Shown here: in pieces, positions 1-9,651 of the stretch | Layout of the letters: each line of letters begins with the position of its first letter | How positions within the stretch are numbered: position 1 is the stretch's first letter | Virus record (IMG/VR): IMGVR_UViG_3300022562_002256 | Coordinates: 1 to 64,000 of that record | Length of the DNA stretch: 64,000 nucleotides | Source of the DNA: a virus | Reading direction: 5' to 3' (one strand) | Program-made: the position numbers and the translations under genes | Notes under the pieces: generated by a model | Database searches by the model: none | Seen by the model: the letters and a program-made list of their open reading frames with translations, nothing else | What the model was told of the DNA's origin: nothing

Positions 1-547
1 CTGAGGGCGCGCACGCTGGGGGGGGCGGCAGGAATTGGCGCAGGTGCTCGTACTCCACCACGTGATCGTCGATGCCGTAGGAGTCTACAGCGCGACTCTT
101 GCATGCCCCAACGCGAATGGCCAAACGCGCCGCCGCCCGGGCCTCCGCCTCGTTCGCGTGGGGCACGATCGCCTTCGCGAACACCGGCGGGGATTCGGGC
201 TGTAGCATCGCCGCGACGCCGCGAACACCTCGCAGCCCACCACCAAGCGACAACTCGCCCAGAACGGTCACCCCTTCGAAATACGAGGCTGGGACGGACC
301 CCGCGTCGACGAGTGCGGCAAGGGCGACCGCGAGGTCACAGCCCGGGGGACGAAGGCCGGGGGCGGAGGCGGTGATCCCGAGATGCGTCGGCGGGGCGAG
401 GTCGGGAGGCAGACACGCCAGCGCGGCGCGGACGCGGACGCACGCCTCGCGCATTCCCGCATCCGAGATGACCGTGCGATCGGCTGTCAGCGCGGCGGTG
501 ATGGTGTGTAAGCGGGGGGTGAGCCCCGACGTCGTGATGGTCAGCAT
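1..547 (-). CDS. YifB/ComM (Mg-chelatase-like) protein, N-terminal part, runs off left edge
   Basis: Own translation from ATG 547: REACVRVRAAL...GCDLAVALAAL...LGELSLGGGLRGVRGV...IVPHANEAEA, the ComM/YifB N-domain pattern; absent from ORF track because no stop in window. Confidence 0.75.
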   Translation of the reverse strand, partial: MLTITTSGLTPRLHTITAALTADRTVISDAGMREACVRVRAALACLPPDLAPPTHLGITASAPGLRPPGCDLAVALAALVDAGSVPASYFEGVTVLGELSLGGGLRGVRGVAAMLQPESPPVFAKAIVPHANEAEARAAARLAIRVGACKSRAVDSYGIDDHVVEYEHLRQFLPPPPACAPS

Positions 548-559
548 TGCTGTTCATCC

Positions 560-575
560 TGCGAATTTTGTGCCA
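560..575 (-). promoter_or_regulatory. sigma54-type -24/-12 promoter
   Basis: TGGCACAAAATTCGCA; conserved C is 14 nt from ATG 547. Confidence 0.6.
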
Positions 576-699
576 TGACGCCCGTCACGGCCCCCTCCCA
601 GATGGACCGAGCAGTGGGCCCGCGATGACCGTAGGGTCGTGACGTCAAGGCCGCAAAAAGTATCGTGGAGCGACACGCCTCGCACGGCACCTCGCGCCA

Positions 700-1173
700 T
701 CAGCGCCGGCCTGGTGACGGCGCGAGGGTTGTGATGATGCCCCGGAACACGTGGGCCACCACCCATGGGCGGAGGGCGACGTGTGTGCCCAAGAACAACA
801 TCGGACACCTCGCCTCTAGACGAAAGATGAGCGCGCACTTGCCAGAGAACACGAACTGCACCGCATCGGGGACCGACCGCGCTGTGGCGTAGTTGATGGC
901 ATATTCCAAGGCGCGCCTGACGAGCGCCCGTTCTTCCTCGGGGAGGCGCTCCCACGCCGCCTCCCCTTCGGTCAAAAAAGTCTTGATGTGGCGCGCGACG
1001 CCTTGCTCGAAGCTGATGCGCTCGTCGCTGCGAGGGAAGTGGTCAAGTAGTTCAGCCAGCGCCAACACGTCGCCGGGGTGCTCGTCGAGGCTGTAGGCGG
1101 GGAACTCGACCCACTTGGATGCCAGAAGGCGATTGATGATGCGTTCCAGGGCGAGGTCGTCGACAACGTGCAT
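700..1173 (-). CDS. hypothetical protein
   Basis: Protein-like ORF; sigma54 motif at 1187-1202 is 15 nt from ATG 1173. Confidence 0.55.
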   Translation of the reverse strand: MHVVDDLALERIINRLLASKWVEFPAYSLDEHPGDVLALAELLDHFPRSDERISFEQGVARHIKTFLTEGEAAWERLPEEERALVRRALEYAINYATARSVPDAVQFVFSGKCALIFRLEARCPMLFLGTHVALRPWVVAHVFRGIITTLAPSPGRR

Positions 1174-1782
1174 TGTGGAGCCGTGATGCACACGTCGTGC
1201 CAGGACGTAGCCGTGCTGGGGCCGCCTGTTCGCGCCGCGCGATATCGACCAACCGGCGCAGCCATGCCCCGCACGCGGCGTGGAGCACGTCGGGGTCGGT
1301 GAGCAGGCTGGCCTGAGCGGCGCCCCACCTCAGCCACAGCCTGGCGGCGTTGAGACGTCCATCGTCGATGGCGCGGTCGACTCTTCGGATGGCCCACCGG
1401 AAGTCGTTCCACAGCGCTGCTTGCGGTCGAGCGCGTTGTTGGCGCTCGAAGTTAGGCGACCAGTTGGTGATGACGCCAACGGCCAGCGTGAATGGACGGA
1501 TACGATCGGACGATTGTCGCATACGCCAAATGTAACGCGACGGCGCCTGGTCGCAAGCATCGCTGTGGCCTTGACACGCGTCGCTGGCGGGTGTATGTTG
1601 TCGGTGTTGGTCGGTGGCCACAGCAACTCCCCCCAGGCGAGGTCGTCGACCAACATTGTAGCGCGGTGGTGTACTAGAGGCACACGAGGCTCATAACCTC
1701 GAGGACCGGGGCGGTTCCGGCGAGCGCTCCCAGTTGACAATGCACGTGAGTTGTCACCTGTGCCTGGATTGATCACCAGGCA

Positions 1783-1851
1783 GAGCCATTCGTCTAGGTA
1801 GGAGGACCAGCCAAGAATGGACTGAGCCGGGTGCGAGTCCCGGATGGCTCA
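1783..1851 (+). ncRNA. tRNA-like RNA lacking an anticodon loop
   Basis: 7-bp acceptor GAGCCAT/ATGGCTC, D-arm GTCT-AGGTAGGA-GGAC, T-arm CCGGG-TGCGAGT-CCCGG; anticodon arm CAGCCA-AGAA-TGGACTG has a 4-nt loop. Confidence 0.7.
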
Positions 1852-1963
1852 CGAGAAGCAGGTGTGGGCATCGCCTGGTGCACGGTGCCAGGAAGGGTTC
1901 AAAAGTGCCCATAGAGCAGCGCTTGCCGGTTCGGCTGCTCGCGTACATGAGGAACCGACACTA

Positions 1964-2022
1964 CGGGGCAGCAAGGACAGCACGGGTCATGCCGCGCGCG
2001 GGGTGCGATACCCCGTCCCCGA
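1964..2022 (+). ncRNA. degenerate tRNA-like RNA
   Basis: T-arm CGGGG-TGCGATA-CCCCG, 5-bp acceptor CGGGG/CCCCG, weak D and anticodon arms. Confidence 0.35.
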
Positions 2023-2163
2023 CTAGCCCAGAAGGGCTGTGGGCCGGTGGCGACAGGGCAGATGTCGACGTGAGAAGACCCTGCACCTCAAGCCAGCGAG
2101 ACATTCGCGCCCGGCGCCGCATGGTGGTGGTCAACGCGATCATCCGCCTCCCGCGGCTTAATG

Positions 2164-2228
2164 GGGTCCGTAGCTTAACGGCAGAGTCCGCGACGGCGGC
2201 GGTGCCGGTTCAATTCCGGCCGGATCCA
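2164..2228 (+). ncRNA. 65-nt tRNA-Ala-like RNA lacking an anticodon loop
   Basis: Acceptor GGGTCCG/CGGATCC with G3-U70 and A73, D-arm GCTT-AACGGCA-GAGT, T-arm GCCGG-TTCAATT-CCGGC; anticodon arm reduced to CCGC-GACG-GCGG. Confidence 0.75.
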
Positions 2229-2538
2229 CGACAGCCAGGCACAGGGACACGTGTGTGCCTGAAGGGACGGATAATCTGACGCGCCTAGGGCATGGCCGCA
2301 AGGCCGGAGAGTAGGGCACCGATGAAGGCACCGGCCGGTAGGAAAGACCTCGACGAAACCCTCCGTGGCACGTGAGCCACGCTCAAAAAACACCGCTGGC
2401 CCGGCGACCCTGGTGCACCGGGGTGAGGGCGACTGGCCTCGAGCACAAGGGTGCGGGCATGGGTGACGTTCCATGTCACGGGCGTGGCGCTATACCACGC
2501 GGGGCCACTGGCGATGGCGATTGCCGAGGAGGAACGCC

Positions 2539-3408
2539 GTGAAGTTGAGCGATGCGCAGATACGCAAGGCCACGGCGCACACGATGTGCCCGGGCTGCGG
2601 CCACCTCATCGAGAACGCCCCCGATGGCGGTGTCATGTGTACGAACACGGCTTGTCCGGCGTGGCGGCGTGTCCTTCGGGAGCCCGAGCCCCCCGGTCGA
2701 TCGCCATTCAACAACGGCATGGATGCGATCGAGCCAGTGGTCGATCGGGCTGTGGTTTCGGCCGTTCCTTCCTCTCCTACGGGGGTGATGGCATTTGAGT
2801 GCCCCGAGTGCGGTCAAGTTGCCAAGTCCGATCCGACGCGCCTTTTTCTTTTCATTGTGTGCCAAAACGCCAAATGCAGGATGACGTGGCGTTTGCCGCG
2901 AACAACCCCCACGTACAGGGTCACTGCCAATACGCGGGTGCTAGTCACATCTCCGCGTCACGAGCCGAGTGATGCCGAGCGTGCCACGGAACGACTCGCG
3001 GCCTCACCGCCGTCGTGGGCGAGCCCGCTTGGCTGGCGGTTGGCGGTGATGGCTGAGGCGGAGTGGTACGCGAAGAGGTTTGGGGGTCGCTTAGCGCGGG
3101 GCAAACGCGAGGTGAGCACTCTGCGGCGGGTTGTTGGGCTACCGGCAGGTGCCCAATACCGCGGCGAGGACAGCGACTTCTACCGCACGCTGCGCGTGTA
3201 CCACCGGTGTCGCCTAGAGGGCATGCCCCACGACGCGGCGAAAGAGGTGGCCGCCGAGGAGATGTGGCTGTTGGACAAGGGGTTCATCGACCAGTACGCG
3301 CGGGGGCTCGAAAAGCCAGCGCAGCGGCTGCAGCGTCCGCGGGCGAATGACGGGCGGCGGACGTTCACGTGCCGCCTTGTCGGTGACGGCAATGATACCT
3401 ACAGATAG
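2539..3408 (+). CDS. zinc-finger-containing hypothetical protein
   Basis: GAGGAGG SD before GTG 2539; four CxxC-like pairs. Confidence 0.65.
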   Translation: MKLSDAQIRKATAHTMCPGCGHLIENAPDGGVMCTNTACPAWRRVLREPEPPGRSPFNNGMDAIEPVVDRAVVSAVPSSPTGVMAFECPECGQVAKSDPTRLFLFIVCQNAKCRMTWRLPRTTPTYRVTANTRVLVTSPRHEPSDAERATERLAASPPSWASPLGWRLAVMAEAEWYAKRFGGRLARGKREVSTLRRVVGLPAGAQYRGEDSDFYRTLRVYHRCRLEGMPHDAAKEVAAEEMWLLDKGFIDQYARGLEKPAQRLQRPRANDGRRTFTCRLVGDGNDTYR

Positions 3409-3958
3409 GGTGGTGGCTCTACGGGTCGCCGATGTTAGGCGTCGGACGCTGCTCGCGCAGGAGGAGCGGCGGGCGGCACAACGGGCGTTCGACGGTCTCG
3501 GCGCAGCCATCCGATGGCGCGGACCGCTGGATGAGTTCTACGCGTGGCGTGACGAGATGCGACCGGTGGTCGCAAAGCGGATCGATGATCTGGATGCCCG
3601 ACTCCGCCGCATCAACCGCATTGAAGCCGCTTGGCTATCCAAGGTGGCGGCCCGGCCCGCGGCTGGACCGCCCGCCGCATGCGCCACCGCGTCGTTGCCG
3701 GAAAAGGACATCCATCCAGACGTCACAGCGGTCGTCGAGCGATTGAACCGGACCACCGCGTTGCACGCGGTCCTATCCACCGTCACGACCGAGCAGCGTC
3801 GGGCCGTGTGCGAGTATGCCGCTGAGGTGTGTGAGTCGCAGGGCGCGGACCTCCCCGACGACTTGTGCGAGCGCGACGAGTACCGGCGCGGCCAGAAGCG
3901 TGCTGCGCTCGACTGCGCCACGATGATGCGGCGGCTTGCAGAACCGAGACGGCCATGA
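3392..3958 (+). CDS. hypothetical protein
   Basis: Coupled to upstream ORF; helical composition. Confidence 0.55.
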   Translation: MIPTDRVVALRVADVRRRTLLAQEERRAAQRAFDGLGAAIRWRGPLDEFYAWRDEMRPVVAKRIDDLDARLRRINRIEAAWLSKVAARPAAGPPAACATASLPEKDIHPDVTAVVERLNRTTALHAVLSTVTTEQRRAVCEYAAEVCESQGADLPDDLCERDEYRRGQKRAALDCATMMRRLAEPRRP

Positions 3959-4195
3959 GTGGAGAGTGTCCCAATGCTTGAGGTAACCGTCCGCCTCAAC
4001 CCTCGGGGTGGTGGCCCGCGCGTGGCGGTGATCACCATCACGAACGACGAGACGGGCACCGAGGCTATCGGGAACTACGACGTCGTGGTGGACGCCGTGC
4101 CTCCGAGGCGAGCGCGGCTTGAGGGGTTCCGGCGTGCTCGTGGCCACGTGGCCCTGCTACACGCTGCGCTTGGGGCGGTGTTCGACGTCGAGTAG
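3959..4195 (+). CDS. hypothetical phage protein
   Basis: Compact ORF (ITITNDETGT...GNYDV). Confidence 0.6.
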   Translation: MESVPMLEVTVRLNPRGGGPRVAVITITNDETGTEAIGNYDVVVDAVPPRRARLEGFRRARGHVALLHAALGAVFDVE

Positions 4196-4395
4196 AGCTG
4201 CCAGGCGGTGTATCGGCGTACTCTGGCCAGGCCAGGAAGCCCGGTCGCGGCAGGCCGTCGAGCCCCATCATTGCTTGTGCCGCCCTTACGTGTGATGCGA
4301 AGGGGCCAGCCTTGCACACCTCCTCCGTCGAGGCAAACCAGACCAATTTGCGCTTCATATCTGTCTCTCGCTTTCCGGTCGTCCGCCGTTCCTGT

Positions 4396-4443
4396 TGCAT
4401 AAAGCGTGCCATTATCGTGGTGCTCCATGGCACAGCGCATGCA
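4396..4443. promoter_or_regulatory. back-to-back sigma54-type promoters
   Basis: TGGCACGCTTTATGCA (-, 4396-4411) and TGGCACAGCGCATGCA (+, 4428-4443; 15 nt to ATG 4457). Confidence 0.7.
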
Positions 4444-4456
4444 GTAGTGGAGTGCC

Positions 4457-4801
4457 ATGGTTGACTGTCAAACATGCGGGGCGTGCTGCGCTTCCCTTGT
4501 GCATGACGCGGAGGGGATCCCGTCTCTATCATCCAAGGACCTCGCGCGCATGAGCACGCGCACCGTCCGTCTTTATGTCCACCGCGACAGCGCGGTCCAC
4601 ACGACGTGGAAGCGGCAGCGTGGCGGCCCGCTTGCGGGTTTGCGCGTCTGTGTGTGCAGCGCGCTGTCGGGCTCGCTCATGCACCGTGTGCGGTGCATCA
4701 TCTACGAGGAGCGACCCGACGTGTGCCGCGAATTCGTCCCAGGCGGGCCAGCGTGTTTGGCCGCCCGCGAAGACGTGTGTGAGGTGCTTGCCGTGGTCTA
4801 G
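4457..4801 (+). CDS. YkgJ family CxxCxxCC cysteine-cluster protein
   Basis: CQTCGACC...CSAL...CIIYEERPDVCREF. Confidence 0.85.
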   Translation: MVDCQTCGACCASLVHDAEGIPSLSSKDLARMSTRTVRLYVHRDSAVHTTWKRQRGGPLAGLRVCVCSALSGSLMHRVRCIIYEERPDVCREFVPGGPACLAAREDVCEVLAVV

Positions 4802-5377
4802 GAGCCATGCCCACCGCCCCCGACAGCCTTTGTCTCACCAGCGGTGAGAGTCACCACTGCCCGTAGCGCCGCAACCCATCGCCGTGGCAGTTTGCCGAGT
4901 TTGTCGGTGCGAGCGTTGGGGTTGTCGTCGAGCATGTCGGCGCAGAATTGGGCCAGGCTGTCCTTGAGGTGGTTGATTGCGTCGGCCGCGTCCGCCCGCC
5001 CCACAGCCCCACACCTCCACCTCGGGCCACGACGCCACCACCTCGTCGTCGTGGAATTCAAGCACCACCACGAGCGGCACCCGCAGTGCGAACCGCTCGG
5101 ACCCAAGGTCCACGATGGTTGTGGCCACGACAGACGCGGGCATGCCGCGGGGGCCAAGAATGGCGTTCAGCGTCGCGCGGCCCTCGGGGGTGCTGTCGGG
5201 ATGGGTCCGCAACCACGCTATGTCTTGTCGCAACTTGTCTAGCCACTCCTTTCTGGCGCGGTCTTCCGTGGCGCTGCCAGCGGCGAAACTCCCCGAACTA
5301 AACGTGAGCGGGCCATTGAGCCAACGTTTCACGACGTCTACGACACCGTCGGTGTAACTAGTCGTTTTAGTGGTCAT
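4798..5377 (-). pseudogene. frameshifted gene with C-terminal HicB-like domain
   Basis: VVASWPEVEVWGCG in one frame continues as ADAADAINHLKDSL in another; removing a duplicated GCGG near 4995 restores one frame. Confidence 0.55.
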
Positions 5378-5574
5378 TGGCGTTCCTCGGGTGGTGTGAT
5401 GGCGGGCTGCTCAAGTCGGCGCAGGCGCTTTGCCATGGCGCTCGCTTCGTGGTCTTCCAAAGAAGCCGCGAGCATATCGCCAGCGAGCGCGTACCGCTCG
5501 GCTTCTCGGCGTTTGCTGGCGACATCCGCCCATGAATCGGTGCTGTGCTTGGGGTTGCTCGGCGGTTGCGACAC
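5374..5574 (-). CDS. hypothetical protein
   Basis: sigma54 motif 5588-5603 is 15 nt from GTG 5574. Confidence 0.5.
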   Translation of the reverse strand: MSQPPSNPKHSTDSWADVASKRREAERYALAGDMLAASLEDHEASAMAKRLRRLEQPAITPPEERQ

Positions 5575-5604
5575 AACCACTCATCTATGCACGGACCGTG
5601 CCAA

Positions 5605-5931
5605 TTACTGGGCGTGGCCCCTTGGCGGTGTGATCTTGGCGGGCGGCGCTCCAAGGCGCTCATCGGCGTCGCCAAGACCCCCGAGTCGCGTGGCTTCAGC
5701 GATGACCCACTCGAGATCCTCTTGGGTGTCGGGGATGTCGGCGATCCAGTCCAGGCTGTTGGCCCAGCGGTCGAACTCCGGCTCCCACCCAATATGGATG
5801 CTTTCCCAACTGTACCGCAGGCGCAGGTCGCCGATGGTGGCATACCCCCACTCTCCACCCCCGACGTCATGGGCGTCGTGGATGGAGCCCGTGATGGTGG
5901 CGCCCAGCGCTTCAAGCCACGTCTCAAGCAT
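5605..5931 (-). CDS. hypothetical protein
   Basis: Coupled ORF, protein-like composition. Confidence 0.55.
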   Translation of the reverse strand: MLETWLEALGATITGSIHDAHDVGGGEWGYATIGDLRLRYSWESIHIGWEPEFDRWANSLDWIADIPDTQEDLEWVIAEATRLGGLGDADERLGAPPAKITPPRGHAQ

Positions 5932-6358
5932 CGGTCGACGCTCCCTCGCCTTGCTCAATCTCGATGGTGACCTTCACCCGACGACATGCGAGTGCGGCTA
6001 TCACGCGCACGTCGTCGATGTCCATGCGAGCGGTAAGACGTGTTCGCCCATCCGTCCCTGTCATCACGGCGTCGACAACGTCGTCGTTTACGATTAGCCA
6101 GTCGAGCACGCCGTGCAGCACGATGGGGCGAGGGGTCGCAGTAAGCGCAGCGATGCCAAGAGGGGTGATGCGCGCCTCGGGGCACTTGCCCCTGTTGTAG
6201 CGAACCAGCCCCACGTCAGCGAGCATGGCGAGGGTGAGGGCGACACGGAGCTCCCGCGTGTCGAGCACCTGCGCGAGCGCATCGACGCTGCTGCCACGGT
6301 CGCCCATCCAGGCAAGGGTTTCAAGCACGGGGCGCATGTCATCATAGGGCCGCGTCAT
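5924..6358 (-). CDS. winged-HTH-like hypothetical protein
   Basis: SVDALAQVLDTRELRVALTLAMLADVGLV resembles a wHTH. Confidence 0.45.
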   Translation of the reverse strand: MTRPYDDMRPVLETLAWMGDRGSSVDALAQVLDTRELRVALTLAMLADVGLVRYNRGKCPEARITPLGIAALTATPRPIVLHGVLDWLIVNDDVVDAVMTGTDGRTRLTARMDIDDVRVIAALACRRVKVTIEIEQGEGASTDA

Positions 6359-7019
6359 GACGGACACTCCCCCATCGTTGCCAGCCACGCCTCTCGGCGC
6401 CGCAGCGCTTCGCGCCCCTCTGCCGTGACATGATCCTCGTGGTCAAGCCAGCCCCACCGGCGTACGACAACGAGGACCTTGGCGTGTCCGCCTGCCGCAA
6501 CACGCCCACGCAGTCCGGTGTCAAGCGGTTGCCCAGCGAGTGAGCAGTGAAGCACAGCCGCTTGCGCGGGGGTGGGGACACCACACGGGGGGCGCAGGAG
6601 CCGGTAGCGAAGGGGGCGGGGGTTACGCCTCACGATGTGCCCTCCCGCGAGCGCAGTTCGTCGGCGGCCGCGTCCGTACGAGCTGAGGCGGGGTCGGGGG
6701 GCGCTGTGTCGTGTGCCATCTTTATCTCCTGCAGTAACACGAAGCACGTATCGTGCCAATCATGTCTCCCCGCCCTGGTGGCGCCCTACGGGACGACATG
6801 GGGCGCCATATGGCGCCCCCAGGGCGCGCATATTGTGCGCTACGTTTCGGAAATATTTACGTGGCCCTGATTCTGGCGTGTTGGCAGCATGTTTGCATGT
6901 GTCGTCCGTGGCTTGGATGACGCGCCCCGTGACGGTTCACGTAAGTTTTGCGGGGGAAACGGGGGTACTCCCGCCGGTGGCGTCGACCGGGCCCTCGTGG
7001 TACAGTCGGTGGCACACCC

Positions 7020-8390
7020 ATGGCCCAGTTCGCACTGCTCCCGGATGGTCAAATCGACGATCGTGTGCGCCTCGTTCTCGGCAACGACGACGTGCACATT
7101 TTCGAGTCGTACGAGGTGCGGCAAGCGTACTTCACCGCCCCGTGCTCGTTCGCGTGCCGCCTGGGCAGTGGCGAGGTAACTCGCGCCATCACCACGCGCT
7201 ACGTGCCTGGGACCAAGTACATTGTGCGTGTGGGGACGGTGGCCCAGCAGTCCGGCCGCGTTGATGGGTACGCCCCCAACGACAGCGCCGGCGCGACCGA
7301 GGTCAACATCCGGGGCCGCGACTGGCTCGCGGCTCTCCACGATGACCAGATCACGGCCGACCAGTCCTTCGGCAACGCCACCTACGTCGAGTTGGTCGGC
7401 CGGGTTCTCCAACTGGTCGGCGTGTCCGAGTTCACCATCTTCGGCGACAACACGGCGAACAGGGGGGCACGCGCGGGAGTGCGGGGAGGTGGCTTCCGGC
7501 TGGTCTACACCCCCAGCGAGGCGACGAAGCAAGAGTTGGCGCGACTACTCGCCGAGCAGCGAGTAGCCATCGCGGCGAATTCGTCAGCGTTTTACGTGCC
7601 CGTCAACCCTGGGGACAAGCCCGCTGCGGTGCGGCTTGGCGTGACGGTGGTGGAAGCGGTGACTGCGGAAAATTCCAAAATCGAGATCATCAACCCACCC
7701 GCCAAGCCGCCACAGGCGAAACCGTTGCAGGCAAAGGCGGGTGGGCGGTGGTGGGACTTCCTCAAGAAAGAGCTCGACCGAGCGGGGCTGTTTTTGTTCG
7801 CGTCCGGCGAGGAGGGGGTGTTCATCCTCGGGCAGCCGCGGGTGGCGGGGCAGCGCGCTCTCTACCAGCTTATCCGACAGCGAGACGCACCTGCGAACAC
7901 GGTCAACGTCCTGTCGGCGCGGCATACCAACGACACAGTGAAACGGGCGAGTCACTACGTCGTGCACGGGCGAGGGGGCAAGGGGACCAAGAAAGGGGCG
8001 GCCAACGCGCCCGTGCGCGCGAGCTACATCGATGAGGAGATGGTCGAATGGGGCATCGAGCGGCGGCGTGTCGTCAAGGACGCCCATGCGACCAACGACC
8101 GACGCGCGGAGTACCTGTGCAAGCGGCTGGCGGCAGAAGACCGGCGGCGTGGGTGGACGCTGAGCTACATCGTCAAGGGGCATACGATGCCCTCGCTGAC
8201 GAACCCCCAGGAGCGGGTGGTTTGGGCGGTAGACACCATCGTCAACGTGCGCGACGACGAGTTGGGTGTTTTCGGGGACTTTTGGATTGAGGGGGTGGTC
8301 TTTCGCGGTGGCTCTGCCGGGACGACAACAGAACTAACGCTCATCCGGCCGGGGGACATCGTGCTCGGCGACCCGGACTTGGAGTCGTGA
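7020..8390 (+). CDS. baseplate hub protein (Mu gp44-like)
   Basis: SYEV...IRGRDWLAALHD, LFLFASGEEGVFILGQP, WAVDTIVNVRDDELG...FWIEGVVFRGGSAGTTTELTL; 456 aa. Confidence 0.75.
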   Translation: MAQFALLPDGQIDDRVRLVLGNDDVHIFESYEVRQAYFTAPCSFACRLGSGEVTRAITTRYVPGTKYIVRVGTVAQQSGRVDGYAPNDSAGATEVNIRGRDWLAALHDDQITADQSFGNATYVELVGRVLQLVGVSEFTIFGDNTANRGARAGVRGGGFRLVYTPSEATKQELARLLAEQRVAIAANSSAFYVPVNPGDKPAAVRLGVTVVEAVTAENSKIEIINPPAKPPQAKPLQAKAGGRWWDFLKKELDRAGLFLFASGEEGVFILGQPRVAGQRALYQLIRQRDAPANTVNVLSARHTNDTVKRASHYVVHGRGGKGTKKGAANAPVRASYIDEEMVEWGIERRRVVKDAHATNDRRAEYLCKRLAAEDRRRGWTLSYIVKGHTMPSLTNPQERVVWAVDTIVNVRDDELGVFGDFWIEGVVFRGGSAGTTTELTLIRPGDIVLGDPDLES

Positions 8391-8443
8391 GCGGTTGACG
8401 GGGCCCCCAGAGTGGTTATTGTCGAGCCAACGAAGGAGCGGTC

Positions 8444-8716
8444 ATGGCCACGAAAACATGTGCGACGGCGGCGGCGTTTTGGGGCAGGTCGTTTGTCGTC
8501 GGCCAAGAGGTACGGGTCATTCGCGAGGCTGTCGGGGCGCTCGCGCGAGCAAAAACGGCGGTCAGTCCAAGCGACGGGCCGACGCTGCTGACGCTGGACA
8601 CGGCATCCGAGCACCTCACGCGCGCTGTGCGCGCGTTGGATGAGTTGTACAGCGCCCTCAGTGCGGAGGGGCACGACGCACAGGGCACGGCCGACGCGGC
8701 GGCGACCGCCACGTGA
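8444..8716 (+). CDS. hypothetical protein
   Basis: AAGGAG SD; coupled to next ORF. Confidence 0.55.
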   Translation: MATKTCATAAAFWGRSFVVGQEVRVIREAVGALARAKTAVSPSDGPTLLTLDTASEHLTRAVRALDELYSALSAEGHDAQGTADAAATAT

Positions 8717-9033
8717 TGACGCCGGCGATGGTGGCATCCCATCAAAACGCCGTGGTGAACCCGCTCCACGCGCACTTTCGGCCGGACCACCTCGAACATG
8801 TGGTCGCCGAGATGCGTGTTAGGGGGGCGCCGGTGCTTCGCGCTCACTTCGACGGTGAGGTGTGGCATGCTCGAGAGGGCACCCACAGGCTACGGGCAGC
8901 GCTTCGCCTGGGGCTAGCCCCGATCCTTGTCCCCGTGCCGTGGCGCAAGACCCGGGGCGCGCTGGAGCGTGCGCGCCTTGCGGCGGCGCTCCATGGGCAC
9001 GTGTTTCCGGTCGTGGAGGTGCGGGCGGCATGA
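8713..9033 (+). CDS. ParB/Srx N-terminal-like domain protein
   Basis: AREGTHRLRAALRLG matches the ParB-N DGxHRxxA motif. Confidence 0.6.
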   Translation: MMTPAMVASHQNAVVNPLHAHFRPDHLEHVVAEMRVRGAPVLRAHFDGEVWHAREGTHRLRAALRLGLAPILVPVPWRKTRGALERARLAAALHGHVFPVVEVRAA

Positions 9034-9398
9034 CTGACTTGACTATCCACGGCGCGACGCGGCTCGCGGGACTGCCAATCGACCAGGACGCCCGGTCTCT
9101 GGTCGCCGCAATAACGCAGAGCGTCCACAGCGGTGGCGACGACGCGGACGGCGTGTTTCTGATCTACACCCACGTGGACGCTCTCTTGAGTCGCGGGGCG
9201 TTCGGCGAGGTCGACTGCGCGCTCGACCTTATCGAGGTTTACGCGCTGCCGACGGTGTACCTCCTCGCGCTGCTGTCCATAACGGAACCGGCGCGCGACA
9301 AGCTGACAAGCCGAGCCGCGTTCGCGCGCAAGGTGCGATCGTGCATCGCCAAGACCGAGCCGGGGCAAGTCGACGACTTGCTGTACGGGATCGAGTAG
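9030..9398 (+). CDS. hypothetical protein
   Basis: ATGA overlap with upstream ORF. Confidence 0.6.
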   Translation: MTDLTIHGATRLAGLPIDQDARSLVAAITQSVHSGGDDADGVFLIYTHVDALLSRGAFGEVDCALDLIEVYALPTVYLLALLSITEPARDKLTSRAAFARKVRSCIAKTEPGQVDDLLYGIE

Positions 9399-9405
9399 GT
9401 GAGCC

Positions 9406-9651
9406 ATGAGACGAAGGCGGAAATACGAGTGGAACGTTGAGGTGGTGCCCCCCGACACATCGGCCGTCCAATCCGGGGCGGTGTGGGGCGTCGTGGTGCG
9501 AATTGGTGAGGATACCATCCCGCTCGAGATGCAGTCCACAGAGGCCGACGCCAATGCTTTGCGCGTCCATGCCACGATCTCAGTCGGTGATCTGATCGAT
9601 GCGGCGGTGCGAGCGGAGCGGCGGGCCCGCGCGAAGGAGGCGTCCCGATGA
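9406..9651 (+). CDS. hypothetical protein
   Basis: ORF in co-directional run. Confidence 0.55.
   Translation: MRRRRKYEWNVEVVPPDTSAVQSGAVWGVVVRIGEDTIPLEMQSTEADANALRVHATISVGDLIDAAVRAERRARAKEASR

Noticed and set aside
2310-2360. Hammerhead-like CCGATGA...CGAAAC
   Set aside because: Core has C instead of U4, stem II does not pair next to the core, and there is no room for stem I
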